In this document: piece after piece, positions 1 to 14,100 of the stretch
Position numbering within the stretch: position 1 is the stretch's first letter
Layout: each line of letters begins with the position of its first letter
From: Oikopleura dioica
Lineage: Eukaryota; Animalia; Chordata
NCBI GenBank assembly: GCA_907165135.1
Contig: OU015567.1
Location: forward strand, 8,556,001 to 8,620,000
Direction of reading: 5' to 3'
Length of the DNA stretch: 64,000 nucleotides
Program-made: the position numbers and the translations under genes
The notes under the pieces: generated by a model
Databases searched by the model: none
What the model was told of the DNA's origin: nothing
What the model saw: only the letters and a program-made list of their open reading frames with translations

Positions 1-804
1 TCAGGCTCGATATGAAGTTTCAGAAGTCAAAAGACAAAGAACGACACTTTCGCATATCTCCTTTTAAATTTCTTTACTTCGCGGGTGGCATTATTTTGAT
101 TCTAGCTGTCCCTTCTGCCGTCTTTACGATCTTAGAAGGCTGGTCAAAGGTATTCAATATATCGATATCAGCTGTTCAAGCATCTTTTCTAGTTGGAATC
201 GTTTTATTTTTCAATTATTTCCTTGTCAACAATCGGATTCGGCGACTACATCCCTCGCAATACTCCTCCTAACTCTATGGGTAACACTAGAATCTATCAA
301 AATGAAGACGACCTACTTCAGCTACGCATGTCAAAAACAACATTGAGTGCTTGAACGAGCTAGCGAACCCGATCCCGCCGAATCGCGAGGGTCAGATCTC
401 AGCCTGCGTACCGGTAAAACTCGATAAAAAAAGGCTGAAGCTAACCATTGTAAGACAAAATACCCAGCAAAGGCAGAAGCGCTTTTCGAAATTTACAGAA
501 TTGGTTGTTTCTTGTGGCTCTCCTTTGGCTTACAGTGGCTTGGTGGGCTCATCTCTCAAATATGGTGAGTTCAAAGTTAGGTTCAAATAGAGACGCAACA
601 CTACATATATACAATAGCATCGTCAAATGAATAATTAAGCAATTCGCTGCGCAGCACCAAGAAGAAATTATCAAAGCCGATATTTCGCTGCAGATATCTG
701 GCCCGATTTCAAGCATTTCTCGCTCATCGCCACTCCTCGGTAATCGAATCATTACGGCAACCTGCATTAAGAAATACTTCTTCAGGGAGATGCTCTGTAT
801 TTAA
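1..804 (+). CDS. Two-pore-domain (K2P/KCNK-type) potassium channel, 3' exons; 5' part lies outside the window
   Basis: Splicing ...GWSK|LESFYFSIISLSTIGFGDYIP gives a pore loop (TIGFGD). A later exon reads IGCFLWLSFGLQWLGGLISQ (M4-like). The 3' end is approximate. Confidence 0.8.
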
Positions 805-810
805 ACGACC

Positions 811-1782
811 TATAACTTATAGGTAGGTAAACTTGATGAAAAATGAGCTCTTTTTAGAGCTTATAAATCAGGGAATATAATACAGTTTTAGATTCCTCAG
901 AAGCTGGGGATCATTTTGACTATTCATACTTGGGGGTTTTGCTCATGCCCTGAGGGGTTTTAGGCCTTCCAAAGTCCCGAAATTTGGCCAATCTAGGTTA
1001 GGGGCTCATAACTTTTCTTCTCCCCACTTCTGGAGAAAGCCCACTATATGAGCTTGTAGAGGAGGCTCTAACGGTTCAGAATATGTATAGAAAACCACCG
1101 GACACCCCCAATTCTAGAGCCTCTAGAAGGCCCGGAAGTTGAGGAAGTCACCGAAAAATCAGTACTTTTTTCCGAAAATAGAGTAAAAGTGCAATATTTT
1201 CATCGGAAATCGTTAGAAAAACGTTTTTAATGACATTCTGACGCACAAAATTTACTCTTGGGTCATTTGAGGTCACGTGGGGTCATATTGTGAGAAAAAA
1301 TTGAATTTCGTAAGAACTCACCCCGGGAGGACCCCAGACTAAATTTTGTACGTAAGAAAGTCATTTGAATGTTTTTCCAACGATTTCCGATGAAAATATT
1401 GCACTTTTACTCCATTTTCGTAAAAAAGTACTGATTTTTCGGTGACTTCCTCAACTTCCGGGCCTTATAGAGGCTCTAGAATGGGGGGTGTCCGGTGGTT
1501 TTCTATACATATTCTGAATCGTTAGAGCCTCCTCTACAAGCTCATATAGTGGGCTTTCTCCAGAAGTGGGGAGAAGAAAAGTTATGAGCCCCTAACTCAG
1601 ATTGGCCAAATTTCGGGACTTTGGAAGGCCCAAAACCCCTCAGGGCATGAGCAAAACCCCCAAGTATGAATAGTCAAAATGATCCCCAGCTTCTGAGGAA
1701 TCTAAAACTGTATTATATTCCCTGATTTATAAGCTCTAAAAAGAGCTCATTTTTCATCGAGTTTACCTACTTATAGGCTATA
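811..1782. mobile_element. ~970-bp palindromic foldback/MITE with ~440-bp inverted arms and a short spacer, TA at both ends
   Basis: 811-~1255 is the near-perfect reverse complement of ~1343-1782 (tataacttataggtaggtaaacttgatgaaaaatgagc / gctcatttttcatcgagtttacctacttataggctata). No coding capacity. Confidence 0.85.
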
Positions 1783-2244
1783 AGATAAGGACGAAGATTG
1801 GAAATAAAGTTATTCGCAGATTCACTTTATTTGAATTCGTTTTCAAGATTTCTTGTTCATTTATTTTCAATAAGTTGTTTTTCTGGCAACATGTTATGTA
1901 CAAAAATGGCACACTGTTAGTATAAATAATTGAAGATGCTTGCTTGTAGGTTAGAATTGTTGGAAACTTTATTTGATGATAGTTAAAAGGGCTTTATGAA
2001 ACAGAATCTACATGAAATATTATTGATGGACGGAAGTTAGCGACGATATTGGAATTGAAGTGCAAATGGAATATGTAATATATCATATCATATAATTTAT
2101 ATGTTTGTTGGAAAGTGCAACTTTTCTCTGTGAATCGGCAACTAACTCCACGGGTCATGCTCGTTGAGTCTTCTGAAGGAGTGAAAATGGCTGCAGCTGT
2201 TTTCTCCGAGAGCCAGTGAAGAGTTGAAGAAATTTGGGTTTAAA

Positions 2245-4032
2245 TTAAATAGACGCTCGCAAACTTGGAAACATGTAATTGTGCTTTCTCTGATCGAGGT
2301 GCGTCCTAGAATTAATAAGTTGTATACAAAAAGATATTGTTGATTCTAACCTCGAAATTTCTTTCGGCAGCACCAGGAAGGTCCAATTTTGTACACAGGA
2401 TGATTGACTATTGAAAGCATAATATTTCGATTGGGAATATTTTTGTTCTGGAGACACAGTGTCCAGATAATTGGCTCATACCAAAGCTCGTACCTTGATT
2501 TATTCAGTTTCAATGACAGTATGACAATCTTACCTTTCTTCTGAAATAGGAACGTCGATAAATGTCCTGCAGAAATACTCGGCTAGCGTGGAAAAATATC
2601 TTTTCATCGTAAATGCAAGTGATAGATTGGACGTTTCTTTTGAAGTGAATGCTGGAATCAGCGAGTTCGCCATGATCAAAAAGAAGTTGAATGAGAAGAC
2701 AGAAGCGTCGAGGAAGACAGTGAGATACTTGACGAGAAAGTTCTTTGGAATTCTGACTCTTTCGGCGCTCTGAGCTTGAATTATCCCTGACGTTCGGGAT
2801 AGAATTCGCGCAAATGTCTCCAGCTCGTCCGGGAGCATGGGCAGCACACGGAACATCTCGTTGATGTCGGCAATACAGTTCTCATCGAGAAGATACTCCA
2901 TTAATCGGTTGGCGACTGCTCCTTGCGGCTCGGAAAAATAAGACGACGCTGGAACCGTGTCGAAGTCGAGATGCATGTTCGACGCCAAGAATTTTCCATA
3001 AATCGACTTGATTTTGCTGAATTTCGATTGTTGAATGAGTTGTCGCGTTTGCCAGTGCAGTAGGTCTTCGACTCGCACCAATCCGAGCGCGATGAGGAGG
3101 AAGTACTCGCCGTGATCGTCCTTGCTCAATTTGCAGTTGCCCATTCCTCGGTTTTCATAAATTGGCGTCTCGTAGAAGCCAAGAAAGAACTCAAGCCACA
3201 CATCTTTGCCAAACGCCTCCTGTATTGGCTGAATCATGGATTCGACGATGAGGGCTCGACCGTGAGCGCCTAACTCGATTTTTGAAATGGACCTTTTATC
3301 AAACTGTCGTGCGAATAGCTTCAAATGAATAAATAAAACCACCAAGTCAAGGATCCAAATTTCTCGCACGGAATGATATCGAGATTTTATGAAGGCCTCG
3401 TAGATCAAAACCAGCATCATTTTCGAGTTGGAGAAGTTGACTGATCGTTCAAAGCCAACCTTGTCTCTTAGTGCTTTGGTTGCCATGCCCATTCGTCGCT
3501 TAATTACTGTGCTTCTCTCTAAATTCGGGTTCATAAACGCTGTGATTGTCACGATCAGGAGTCGACGGCATTGTTCTCTGACTTCTTCTCGATCAATAGG
3601 GCACTCTTCTGCATCTGGGAGGAGATTTTTCGTGTAAAGATGACTGAGAAGCCTCTGGGTCGTGCCCTGCCGCTGCGTGATGTTTAAAATCATATTTATC
3701 AGCTGCGGCTTCTTCATGCCGGAACCAGGATTCTCAACAATTTTTATGCCGTGTTCTCTTCCTTGATTTCTCATGTAGCGACTCTCCAGCGCGAGAGAGT
3801 GCTCGCAAATGCTCATGATCGGCGACACCAGAACAGCAGAGTCGCACGAGCAGCCGCATTCTTCTTGACTTTCTGACTGGGATACTTTTGTGAAGCGCTC
3901 TTCTTTATTTTCTAACAGAAGTGTTTTAGACGAAGGAGAGGTTCTTTCGAAGACTAATTCTGATTCAGCCTCACTCAAGTCCGACACCGACATTCGATCT
4001 CTATAATTTATTTCCAAAACGAGCTTTTTCAA
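2245..4032 (-). CDS. Hypothetical protein: ~500-codon open exon plus probable downstream exon(s)
   Basis: Uninterrupted 500-aa ORF with globular-looking composition; no family motif recognised. Confidence 0.6.
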
Positions 4033-4316
4033 GTAGAAAAGCTTAAATAAACCACAAGGGTCAAAGTGTAAAATTTACATTGCAAGTGATGCAAATACCA
4101 GTTGATTTACAAGCTCCCTGCTTGAAAGTATCAAGATTAATACACACGATAAGGGCAGTTGAGAACAGGACTGGACAGAAAAAAATTCTAGTCATTTCAA
4201 ACGTTAATTAAGCTACTTCTTTGGAATAGAAAGGATGGTGAAACCAACAGAGAACAAGGGAAAGGTGATGGATGATTTTGGAATTTGGAACTAGAAATAA
4301 GAAACAGAAGATAGGA

Positions 4317-7300
4317 TTAGACTTTGAACGACTGGCGTAACGATTCACGGGCTTCGTCGACAGCCATACTTTGACTTTGTTGCGCCTCGAGTTGCTTCTG
4401 CGACTTCGTCTTTCCGTAGTACTTGGGATGGTAGAAGACACCAAAGGTCTTGTCTTGATGCAGCTGCTCGCCCTTTTTGAAGTAGGACGCTGGATGAACA
4501 GGGCGAATTTCGGGCTGGTTCGCCTTCTCGTACCACTTTCGTCGTTTGAGGCCGTCGAGCCAACCTCTCGGCTCAGGACCAGGGCAGTTTTCGGGAATTC
4601 CAGTTTTGAGAACAACCAATCGAGGCGCAGTTTCTACCTGATAAAGGGGATAGACGATGTAAGAAAGTGAGAAAAATTACCTCTTCAGGAATGCCCCAGA
4701 AAATCGCCCCATCTGGGGGTGCTTCAGGACCAAGTTCAGCGGGATCGACGAATGCCTTGGGCTCCCGGTATGCGACGATGTCATCATCAAAAGCGACCTG
4801 TCCCTTTGAAGCTAAATCTTCAGGATATGGACGGCCGAGGACCTTGGAGCACTGGAGCGGATGCATGAACTGGAGTGAGCCAGCACGCGCAAAGTCCGGG
4901 TCATAGTCAAATCGAGCAGGATCCAGTAGCTTTTTGTGAAGTTCGGAGATTTCTCCTTCCTTGTACTTTCGGACCTAGTGAGTAAAAAGTCATGAGCATG
5001 ATTCCAAATCAAGGTTAATTTACCTGTTTCTCTTTTTCTTCAGGAACTTTGACTTGTCTGCTACGCGGCTTCCAAGCTCCCCAATCTCGATCTTCTCGAT
5101 CGCCAGCGTCTTGTCTAGTTGTCTCCGACTCCGCCTGAGTGAAACAAATCAACTCGAGTACAAAATTTGCAGATCTTACCTTCTTGTTCGCCGAATCATA
5201 TGTCCGAAGTTCGGACTCATCAACATCGTAGGACTGTTCCTTCAGCGGCTTGTCGGGGTCTTCTCCGACTCGTTTCATCCAGGACGCATCGAATTTCTTG
5301 GATTTCTTCTTTTTCTTCTCTTCCCCAAGAACTACAAAATAAATTCTACCAACTGGTTATCATTTGAAAAACAACCTTCTCCGTCGACGTCTTTTCGCTT
5401 TTTGGCTTTTGTGCCTTTTCGTCGATTTTGGTTTCCTTCACCCCAGCCGAACTCCTCTGAATCGTCCTGAAAAGTGGATTTAGTTCATCACGAAGGAAAA
5501 GTCGTTCTTACCTTTTCGAAGACGGGCTCTTTGAGGAATGATGGAAGATCTTCTTTTTCCTTCTCCGTTTTTTCTTCTTTTTTCTCCTCTTCTCCAGCAA
5601 GAGCTTGCGCAGCTTCAGAATTAAGATTGAGTTCGATCTTTTTCGTCTCTTCCTTCTTCTTTTTCCAGGTGGAGCCGAAGCCACCTGCATATTTCGAGCG
5701 CTTAGGCTTTTCATCCTTTTTGGCAACGGTGTCTTTTGTGCCTGAGAAGAGACCGCCAGTTCCTGTATCGCCAAAGAACGCGGAGGGATCAAACTCGAGG
5801 TTTTCTTCTTCGAGCACGACATTATCCTCCTAAATTTAATTTTTGGTTGATTCAATGATTGAAAAGTGCGATTCACCTCTTTCTTATCTGGTTTCTTGAC
5901 ACCTTCAACAGCGAAACGCGTATCTTCAGCACGTCTCTTCAAGTATTGCTCCATTTTTGTCTTTCCAGATTGCTGATACAGTTGTTGCTTCTGGTAGTCG
6001 CGGACAGCCATGTTCGCCGCATCCAACACTGCGTTTTCATCAGGAAGATCCTGGACGAATTCAGGAAGTTCTCTGAAAAAAAAAATAGTAAAAATATATC
6101 AAACAAGCTGAGAGTCACACCGTTGAGTTGGCGGCAGGTGATCTTCAGAGACTTCTACAAATTGCTGCTCGTAAGTTTCCCTGGGTCGCTGGCGAAGACC
6201 AGTTTGCTGTTGCCAATGTTTGGGAAGACCCTTGAGAGGACCTTCTTTGTGAATGCCTACACCCTGGCCGGGTCCACCTTCTTCTGGAAGATATTTTGGA
6301 GTCTCGCCCTTTCGACCGAAGAGCTTCTTTTTCGCTGCGATGGTTGCTTCCGTGCTTGTTTCTTCATTTGGTTTCGCAGAAAAGTCGAAAGAAAAGGTGT
6401 CGCCCTCTTCTGCTCTTATGTCGCTATCCTGAGCATTTGCGGCGGTTCCATACATGCTCCATTCTTTTACTCTTTCGCTCTTTCTCGCAGCAGGTTTTTT
6501 GATGTCTGGAGCGGCAGAGATTGTCGATTCTCCATAGATGGCGTTCGGATTAAATTTTGCCGCCATCGCTCGACGCCTTTCAGCGCGTTCCTCATCTTCT
6601 TCCGACTCCGAAGACGATGAAATTTGGACCTCCTCTCCCGCGGGATTGATCATTTCTCCCGGCTGGTTGATGTTCGTCGCCGAAGCGTTCATCACAGTTG
6701 TCGTCAGCGTTTTTGGGTCCATAGTTTCCGTCGCCTTTGCCATCCATGGAGGAAGACGACTTCCACGCTGCCGTTTCTCCGCGCTTTCATCCTCCGATTC
6801 AGTCTCGTCCGAATCAAGATCCGATGATTTAAAACGATGCCGATCTCGACGGAATCTTTCGAGTTTGATGAATTGGAGGGCGTCGTCCTGGGTCGGCAAG
6901 AAGTTGGTTCCCACTGTGGAGGACTGGATTGCACGGGGGCCACGGACAGTGTTGAGCATTCTTTGCATGCGCATGAACTTCTGCTTTTCAGTTTCGTTCA
7001 TTGCCGCTTTCTTGGGAACAAAAGTAGCGCCCGATGGAGCGACATCGATGCCAGTAGAAACAGCGGTACCGGGTTCCATTTGCACTTCGCCGTCCTTCGC
7101 TCCCCAGGGCATCATCTTCGCTTCCTTTTTTTCCGGAGAAGATTGGGTCGTTCAAAAGAGCTTCGTATTTTTCAAGCTTTTTCTCCTTTCTTCGCCTGAG
7201 TTTTCGCTGGAATTCGTCGAGTTTTGCCTCCTCCTCGTCATCAGCTTCGTCTTCCGGGCGATGAGTTGGTGGTGGCGGTGGATCATCCGGGTTTTCTCGC

Positions 7301-8932
7301 GGTTTTTCTTCTTCCACCGAGGTTTGGCCCGGGAGCAGAGGACCAGCTTGCTCCACATCGGGGTCCGCAACCGCGTTGTTTGGATCTTCGTCGGGCGCGG
7401 CAGGGACATTGTTCGCCACTTGCGACTGAATAAAACCTTGGGTGAAGTACCAACCAGCTGCTTGCTTGTGATACTCTTCTTGCTCGTCGCTCCACTGCTT
7501 CCAGTCTTGCAACTGACTTTTGTATCGTCGCCAGAAAGACTCCCAAGCGTCCGACATCTGGATGGCGTCCATCACCGCTGCCGACACCTTTGGTGCTTCC
7601 GGAGCTTTTTCATATTTTCGTTGGATTCGATCTTCTTCATCTTCGATTTCTTTGCGGACTTCATCGGTGATTTCCTTTCGCAGGCGCTCACGAATTTGAC
7701 TGACGATGTCTTTTCGATTCGCGATTTCTTCTTCGTTTTTCTTCGCGACGCCGGGAGCGATGATTTCATTGATCACTTCGGCGCGCTTAATGCGATCTTC
7801 CGTGAGCTGCTTCGCTTCGTCTTTGAGAGAACGCTGCGTCGAAATCCACTTCGCCATTTTTACCTCGATTTTCTTTGCCCGCATCATTCGCTTGTCCAGT
7901 CGCTCTTGGATGGCTTTCTCCATCGCCTTTTGGCGAAGACGTTTTTCAACTTCTTCATCATCAAGGACGGGCTTGAGTTTTGAACCGCCAGGAATCGCAC
8001 CAGCTTCGGGTCGAGGAGCGATTCCAGTTTCTGGAAGCGCTGGGCCAAAGTCTTCTGTTCCTGGGATTAATGCTTCTGTTTCATGAAGCTCGGAAGTGTC
8101 CATCGCATCGACATTTTCATCTGCAGTGGGGACGTAAACTTTCTTGGCGATTTCTTTCTGGCTCCAGCCGAAATCGCCTGAATCGTGAAAGGCTCGATCG
8201 TCGAATTCGCCGATGTCGCGATTTTCGACCTTTTCTTTCTTGATCTTTTTCTTTTTCGTCTTTTTCAAGAGCTTCTGAAGGTGCTTCTTCATCATTGGAT
8301 CCTCTTCCTGATCGATTAGTTCTCTGAGAAGCTCAGGATCGTCCATGCGAAGAGCTTCGCCAGTCTCATCGTCCACACCAAGATCGAAAAGTTGCTCTTC
8401 TTTCTTCTTTTTCATTTTTTTCTTCTTCTTTTGTTCTTTCTCCGCCTTGAGTCGTTCAAACTCGGCTGCAATTTCTTCCTCCGTCGGTTCATAGTTTCGA
8501 AGTTCGTCCAGCACTTCTTGAGGTAGATCCTGCAAGTCCTCAGCATTGAGTAGTTCTTCTTCTGTGGGCATTTCTGGCTCGAGCTGTTGCTTCTTCTTTT
8601 TCTTGCTTTTCTTCTTTGGCTCGGACATTTTAAGCGCTTCGAGAGCGGCATCAGCAGCGACGATATCATCAGCTCCTTCCAGTTGTTTTATTAGGTTTTC
8701 GAGCTCGGCAACTTCCGCTCCTAGCTGCCCCTTTTTATTCTTTTTCTTCTTCTTTTTCTTACTCTTCGGCATCATGTTTGCCAATTCTGCCTGCGCTTCT
8801 GCATAAGCTGCCATAAGCTCTAAAACAGAATAGATACTGGTTATTCTTCATTCTTTACCTGGATCATCTTCCATTCCAGCTACAGCGGCGCTCAGCGCCT
8901 CGGGATCATCTATACTGGGCATGATGATGGAG
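4317..8932 (-). CDS. Large Lys/Glu-rich low-complexity protein, multi-exon (possibly more than one gene)
   Basis: Starts MPSIDDPEALSAAVAGMEDDPG and continues through the 608-, 338-, 109-, 87-, 97- and 100-aa ORFs joined by short GT-AG introns. One apparent frameshift in an A7 run near 7126-7132. Confidence 0.55.
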
Positions 8933-9311
8933 AGATATTGATCTTTTTAGGGTTCACCAACAAGTTCAAAATTCAAAGTCGTATGTTTACTAATTAAAAT
9001 TTCGGTTGCCAGTTAAAGCGTTGAGTAATCCCTTACAGAGGCCCGCTTGCGAGGTGGTGTGTTTATCTAGTTTAAAAATATATAAGTCACATGTTCGCTT
9101 TTTACGATTTCACCTGATCTCTGAAAAAATGACAATTCAAATTTAAAATTTTAGGTAGCTTGCGTTTTACTCAATAGAAATAGTAACAGTCATGAACTGC
9201 CATTTGAAGGCTACGTCGGCCTTCAAACTACAGTGAATCAATGAGACAGTATGAGAGTTCGATTGAGGAAGGCAGCTACAGATACAAACAAGGCGAGTTC
9301 TAACGATGAAG

Positions 9312-9677
9312 TTATTGGGGCGCCTGCTGGATCAAGGTGATGTTGTCGCCCTTGAGGAGGATTCGTCCGACGTTTCGCTTGAAGTGAGTCTGAAATTAAA
9401 CCGTTAATGACTGTTGTTTGGTAATTTGGGTGTACCTTGACGTGCATTTCTTCGACGTCATCGAGGACGAGGTTCATGTATTCGTCAAATCCAACGATGA
9501 CCCCTTCAAGACGAAGGTTGACGACATCGTAGAGCCAGATCTATTGGGAAATCGTAAGTAAAATCAACTAAGTTCGGACTGAAATACCTGGACGCGGATC
9601 TTCTTCTGGAAAAATCGGAAAACAAGGTTGATGGGTTGAACCATCACCTTCTGCACCTTGTGGCCATAACCCGACAT
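9312..9677 (-). CDS. SNRPE: Small nuclear ribonucleoprotein Sm E, 3 exons (9677-9588, 9540-9436, 9389-9312)
   Basis: Spliced product [90 protein letters not shown] matches the Sm E sequence pattern. Confidence 0.96.
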
Positions 9678-9768
9678 GCTAATCGAGCTTTCAAAATTCT
9701 GAACAGAATTTTTTTATACTAGAATCGCCCTGCAACTTTCATCGACATTTTGTTTAGGAAATGTTATA

Positions 9769-10790
9769 TCAATATCGTTTTTTTTTATTTTTTGCTTGAA
9801 GACATAAACAAGTAAGTTGAAGGACAAGGGGAAAAGAAGCAGTAAGAAGAGGTGGCGGTTCAACGAATTCAAACGAGAACTTCTCGTCGAGAAGGATTTC
9901 ATTGTTATTCAATGAGAGTATGATCGTTGAATCGATCGTAGAAGATTTTTTCTGGCGCTGTGTCAACGACATCGTTCCACTCTTTGAGCGTAAAACCATC
10001 GTCAAGCATCAATTGTTTGATAAAGGAAAGATCATCTAATTAGCAAATTATGAATAATCGGAATAACTTAGAGTCTATTATTTACCTTCGAAGTAATATT
10101 TTGCTTCTGGAGTTTTTCTTGAGTTCCCAGCGATGAAGGAACGCATAAGATGCCGATCTCCAAGCGGAATTCTTTGTCCAAGGAATTTTTGGTCAATCAG
10201 CTCTGGGTGATCGAAAACACTTTTCGGTCCAGATATAAAGTAGCGGCCGTGTTCTTTAGACTCTTGCGAAATCATGATATTGTTCTGGATTTGTCGGTCC
10301 CAGCGGGTCCTGAAATCAACTATGAGTGCTGAAAAGACGTGCGCAACTGACCTTAAAAATTGGTCTCGGAGAGCACGGAAGAAATCTTTGCTCAGAAGCA
10401 GTTCTACGAAATCTAGCTCTTCTTCTTCAGTAATATCACACGGCGGCGCATGTGGAAGGACTTCAATGCGCATTCCAGACTTGAACCCTCGCTTACAAAG
10501 ACTTGTGTCCTTCGAAGAGTCCAAATCGTCAAGAATTTGAAATGACGGCCGCAGGAGATCGTTTCCATCCTAAAAACGAGAATTAAACAGGGGCTCTTTT
10601 GAAAGCTCACCCAAATGGAAATGAACTGCATCGACGGAACTAGTCGATGATCATTTTTCGAAGTAATCTCTTCAATTTTGCCCAAAAGCCAGTCTGTAGT
10701 CAGATCGTTCTTTTGAACGGAGCATTTGGTGGAGCTGCCAATAACGCACAAGTCGAATGTCACGATTTCGTCGTCCAACTTTCTCTTCAT
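9769..10790 (-). CDS. Hypothetical multi-exon protein
   Basis: Overlapping 125-, 148- and 78-aa ORFs with plausible short introns; no family recognised; 3' end uncertain. Confidence 0.5.
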
Positions 10791-11192
10791 TTTTACTTTT
10801 TTAAATAAAAAAATCGAGCTGGATTGTGATCTTGACGCACTGACGCGTGAAAATATTCATCTACATATACAGATAGCGCATGTAAATGATCAATTATCTA
10901 AAAATAAAAGAGTGACGAAGAATTCTATATTAAACTTATATCTGTCAGAAAAATGGTGAGGAGGGAGTATCAATGAACTTTGAATAAGGAGAAAAATCAT
11001 TAACAGAAAAATTGAATAAAAGACTTTGAATATTTTATAGACGAGCGAAAAAAAGAACAATAATAAACGGAATGGAAAAGGGGCCAATATGTAGAAGTTG
11101 CAATTAGTTCGTTTATATGAGTTTTTAAATAAAATATAGAGAAGCTGTTTAGCTAGTGCATAAAAGTGGCTAGGAAGAATAAATTTTATAAT

Positions 11193-14100
11193 TTATATAA
11201 AATTCAGTTGGAGTTCTTGGCACCGGCCAAGGATCTGGGCGATTTTGGGACGTTGAAGGGGTTCATCATCGAGCATGTTTAAAATTAGTGCAGCAACGTC
11301 TACAAGATACAGTTTTCTAAGCCTTGACACTGCTTCTTTACCTGAATAGTTGTCTCGAATCGAAAGTGGCAGTATTCCTTCTGATGCTCTTAGAATCACG
11401 GTGACTCTTTCTTGTTGTGTTGAAAAAATCTCGAATAGTTCGAGCAAAATCACTCCCAGAGCATAAATGTCAATGGGGTATGAGTAGGGTAGTCCTTCGC
11501 GCAATTCTGGGGCCATATATAAGCGCGTACCAATGCCTCCAGTATGAATTGATCCTTCGAGGATTGAATTTACATGGGTGATGGCTGATGCTTTATTGTT
11601 TTCTTTCTTCTGGTCTGAAAATTATATGTGGGGTTTTTTCAAATTTCTCGTCCTTTACCTTTCATAACGACAAGACCCAAGTCGCCAATTTTAATGGCAC
11701 CCTTGTCGAGAGAAAAAAGGATATTCGCCGGCTTCAGATCTCTGTGAATCATTTCGTTATCGTGTAAAACTTGAACGCCAAGACAAATCTCTTCGAAAAT
11801 TTTAAGACTCTTTCTTGGATCCACACGCTCGCGCTTTTTGAGCTCATGTTTAAGAGTATCCCGGCGGCAGAGTTGCAGTTGAATGTAGAGAAAGTCGACT
11901 AAGAGTGGATAAGATCATAGAAGAAGCAAGAAAAAATATTGAAATCAAGGAAGACTCATCCCGTTCCTGTATCGTGATTGTAATTCACATTCGCCAAGCT
12001 AATAGAATCCGAGAGTTCTTCAGGTGAATCTTCAGTATATTGACTTTCCGAAGCAATTTGGATTGAACCATCTCCACTTTCGAAAACAATCGAGCTTGAA
12101 GCGTTTGACTGTGTCGATTCAGTTCTAGTTTTTATTGACTTGAATGTGTTTTATTCGTCCGACCTTACCTCTGGATTTCTGTCAATTTTCTGTGGCGAAT
12201 CGAATTTGATCTGTCAGTCTTGAACATGAATAGACCAGAGTCGGACGTTTTGGAAGACTTGTTTCTTTCACAGTTTCCATCGTGAGTATCAGAAGTATCC
12301 GAGGCCGACAAATTCGAATCGTTTCCCCAAGAGCCGTCTGAATCGCCCTCCCAGACAACATCCTCGTTCATGGAAAAATCAAGCTAAAATAAGCGTAATT
12401 TTCGATCAATTATCACAATTAATTCATACCTTGAGCCCCGATGCGACGGAATTCTGGGCTGATCTTGTGAGCTGTTCTGATATTTGATCCTCGATGCGGC
12501 TTTCAGACTTGTCGAGGACTGATAAGCTGTCGTAATTGCTCAGTTGGGACTTGAATTGTCGATCGTGATCGGCGACCCAGTCTGATAAGAATAAATATGG
12601 GTGGAGGAAGCTCTAGTACCTTTGGGGACGTTTTTCTCCTGCCAGCACTGGTAGTAGTCAATGAAATGTCTTGTATTTAGATCTTTGTTCCTGAGAACCA
12701 TCAGCGCTTTGAACTCTCTCTCAATCCTTTCTTTTGAAACTCCAGTCGCACACCTTGGAAGTTCAATTCGTTTGATCGCGTAGTTGCTTTTATCATTTTT
12801 ATTCAACGCTTCAAAGACGACACCGAAGCCTCCTTTTCCAAGAACATTTTTTGTTTCGAATTCTCGTTCATACTTTGACTCAAAATTCGTACTTACTGAG
12901 TCGCTCTGTCTTCGCAGCCGTTCTAGCTCCTCGTTCTTCTCGTCCAAGTCTCGCATGAGTTTCTCAAACTCTTTTCCCGGCATTTCATGATACAAGTCTG
13001 GCACCATCAAGTCTTCTGCTATTTTGATCGAAGTTTCGTTTGATGCAGAAATTCGTCGCTTTCGGACTTTGTTGAACGATTTGATGTGGACGAAGAAATC
13101 ACGCATGAGTCCGTAAACTACTGTGAATTTCAAATATCGCCAGAAATCACGATGTCGTTTATTGCCGATGTAGCAGAGTGAGCCAATACCGATGATGGTG
13201 ATGAGCGTCAAGGTTATTGCCATGTTCCAGTCGTCGACAACTTCGACTTCCATTCCTGGCTCTATTTCCGAGTTCGACAGGTTATCACCCTCTAGAGAAG
13301 GGTCTTTCAGCCAATGATTGTCTTGATCCATTGAATGATCTTCTATTTCTTTCAAAATGCTTTGTTCCTCTTTCACGTGAGGAAGCAAATTCTGAGACTC
13401 TGGATTCTGAGAGGAATTTGGGAGTTCTTTGATGTGAGATTTTTCTGAGAGCGCTTTCATCAAAGGATAGTATGTTTCTAGCGACGTTTCGTGAGCGCCA
13501 TCATAAACGGTCAACTCGTTCGAAAAATTTTATTGTCGCTGATGCTCTTCAAATCTCCAGTTTCAAATTTCGCCGTGTGGAATAGATTCTTAGCGCTAGA
13601 ATCAGCAAGTCGAGAAGAGGGAAAGACTTTCCAACCGAGGCTGATTTCGCTGCCAATTTCTTCGATTTCATTCCACATTTTTACTTTTCGCTGCTTGTCA
13701 GAGTAACCTCGAAAGGTACAGACAGTTTCGCCGCTTCTTCGGATGAACTGGTCGACTTCAAAGGAGTACATGTGTTTCCCTCGGTAGTCGCTTCGGAACT
13801 CAAAGTCCGACTGTTCTTCTATGATCGCGATGGTATTTTGCCTGTTGTCGTCCCAGATGTGCTTGGTCACGACGGATTGAGTACCAATCAGGAGATATTG
13901 CTCTGGGTGCTTCGACGGGTCTTTGGTCAGATATGAAGCGAATTCTGACGAAGGAAAGGTGGGCTTTCCCTTGACAAGATACTGCACGAAGGTTCCGTCT
14001 CTAGCGTCGATTTTGTACATCAACTGTTCTTTGAAAACAACAACGCAGGGCACTCCTTTTTGGCAGTCACTAGAAATGGCTCTTGAAAATCGAATGAAGC

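Noticed and set aside
6538-7983. 481-aa + strand ORF and other long antisense ORFs (e.g. 5859-6620)
   Set aside because: Shadow frames opposite K/E-rich coding sequence; no independent motifs.
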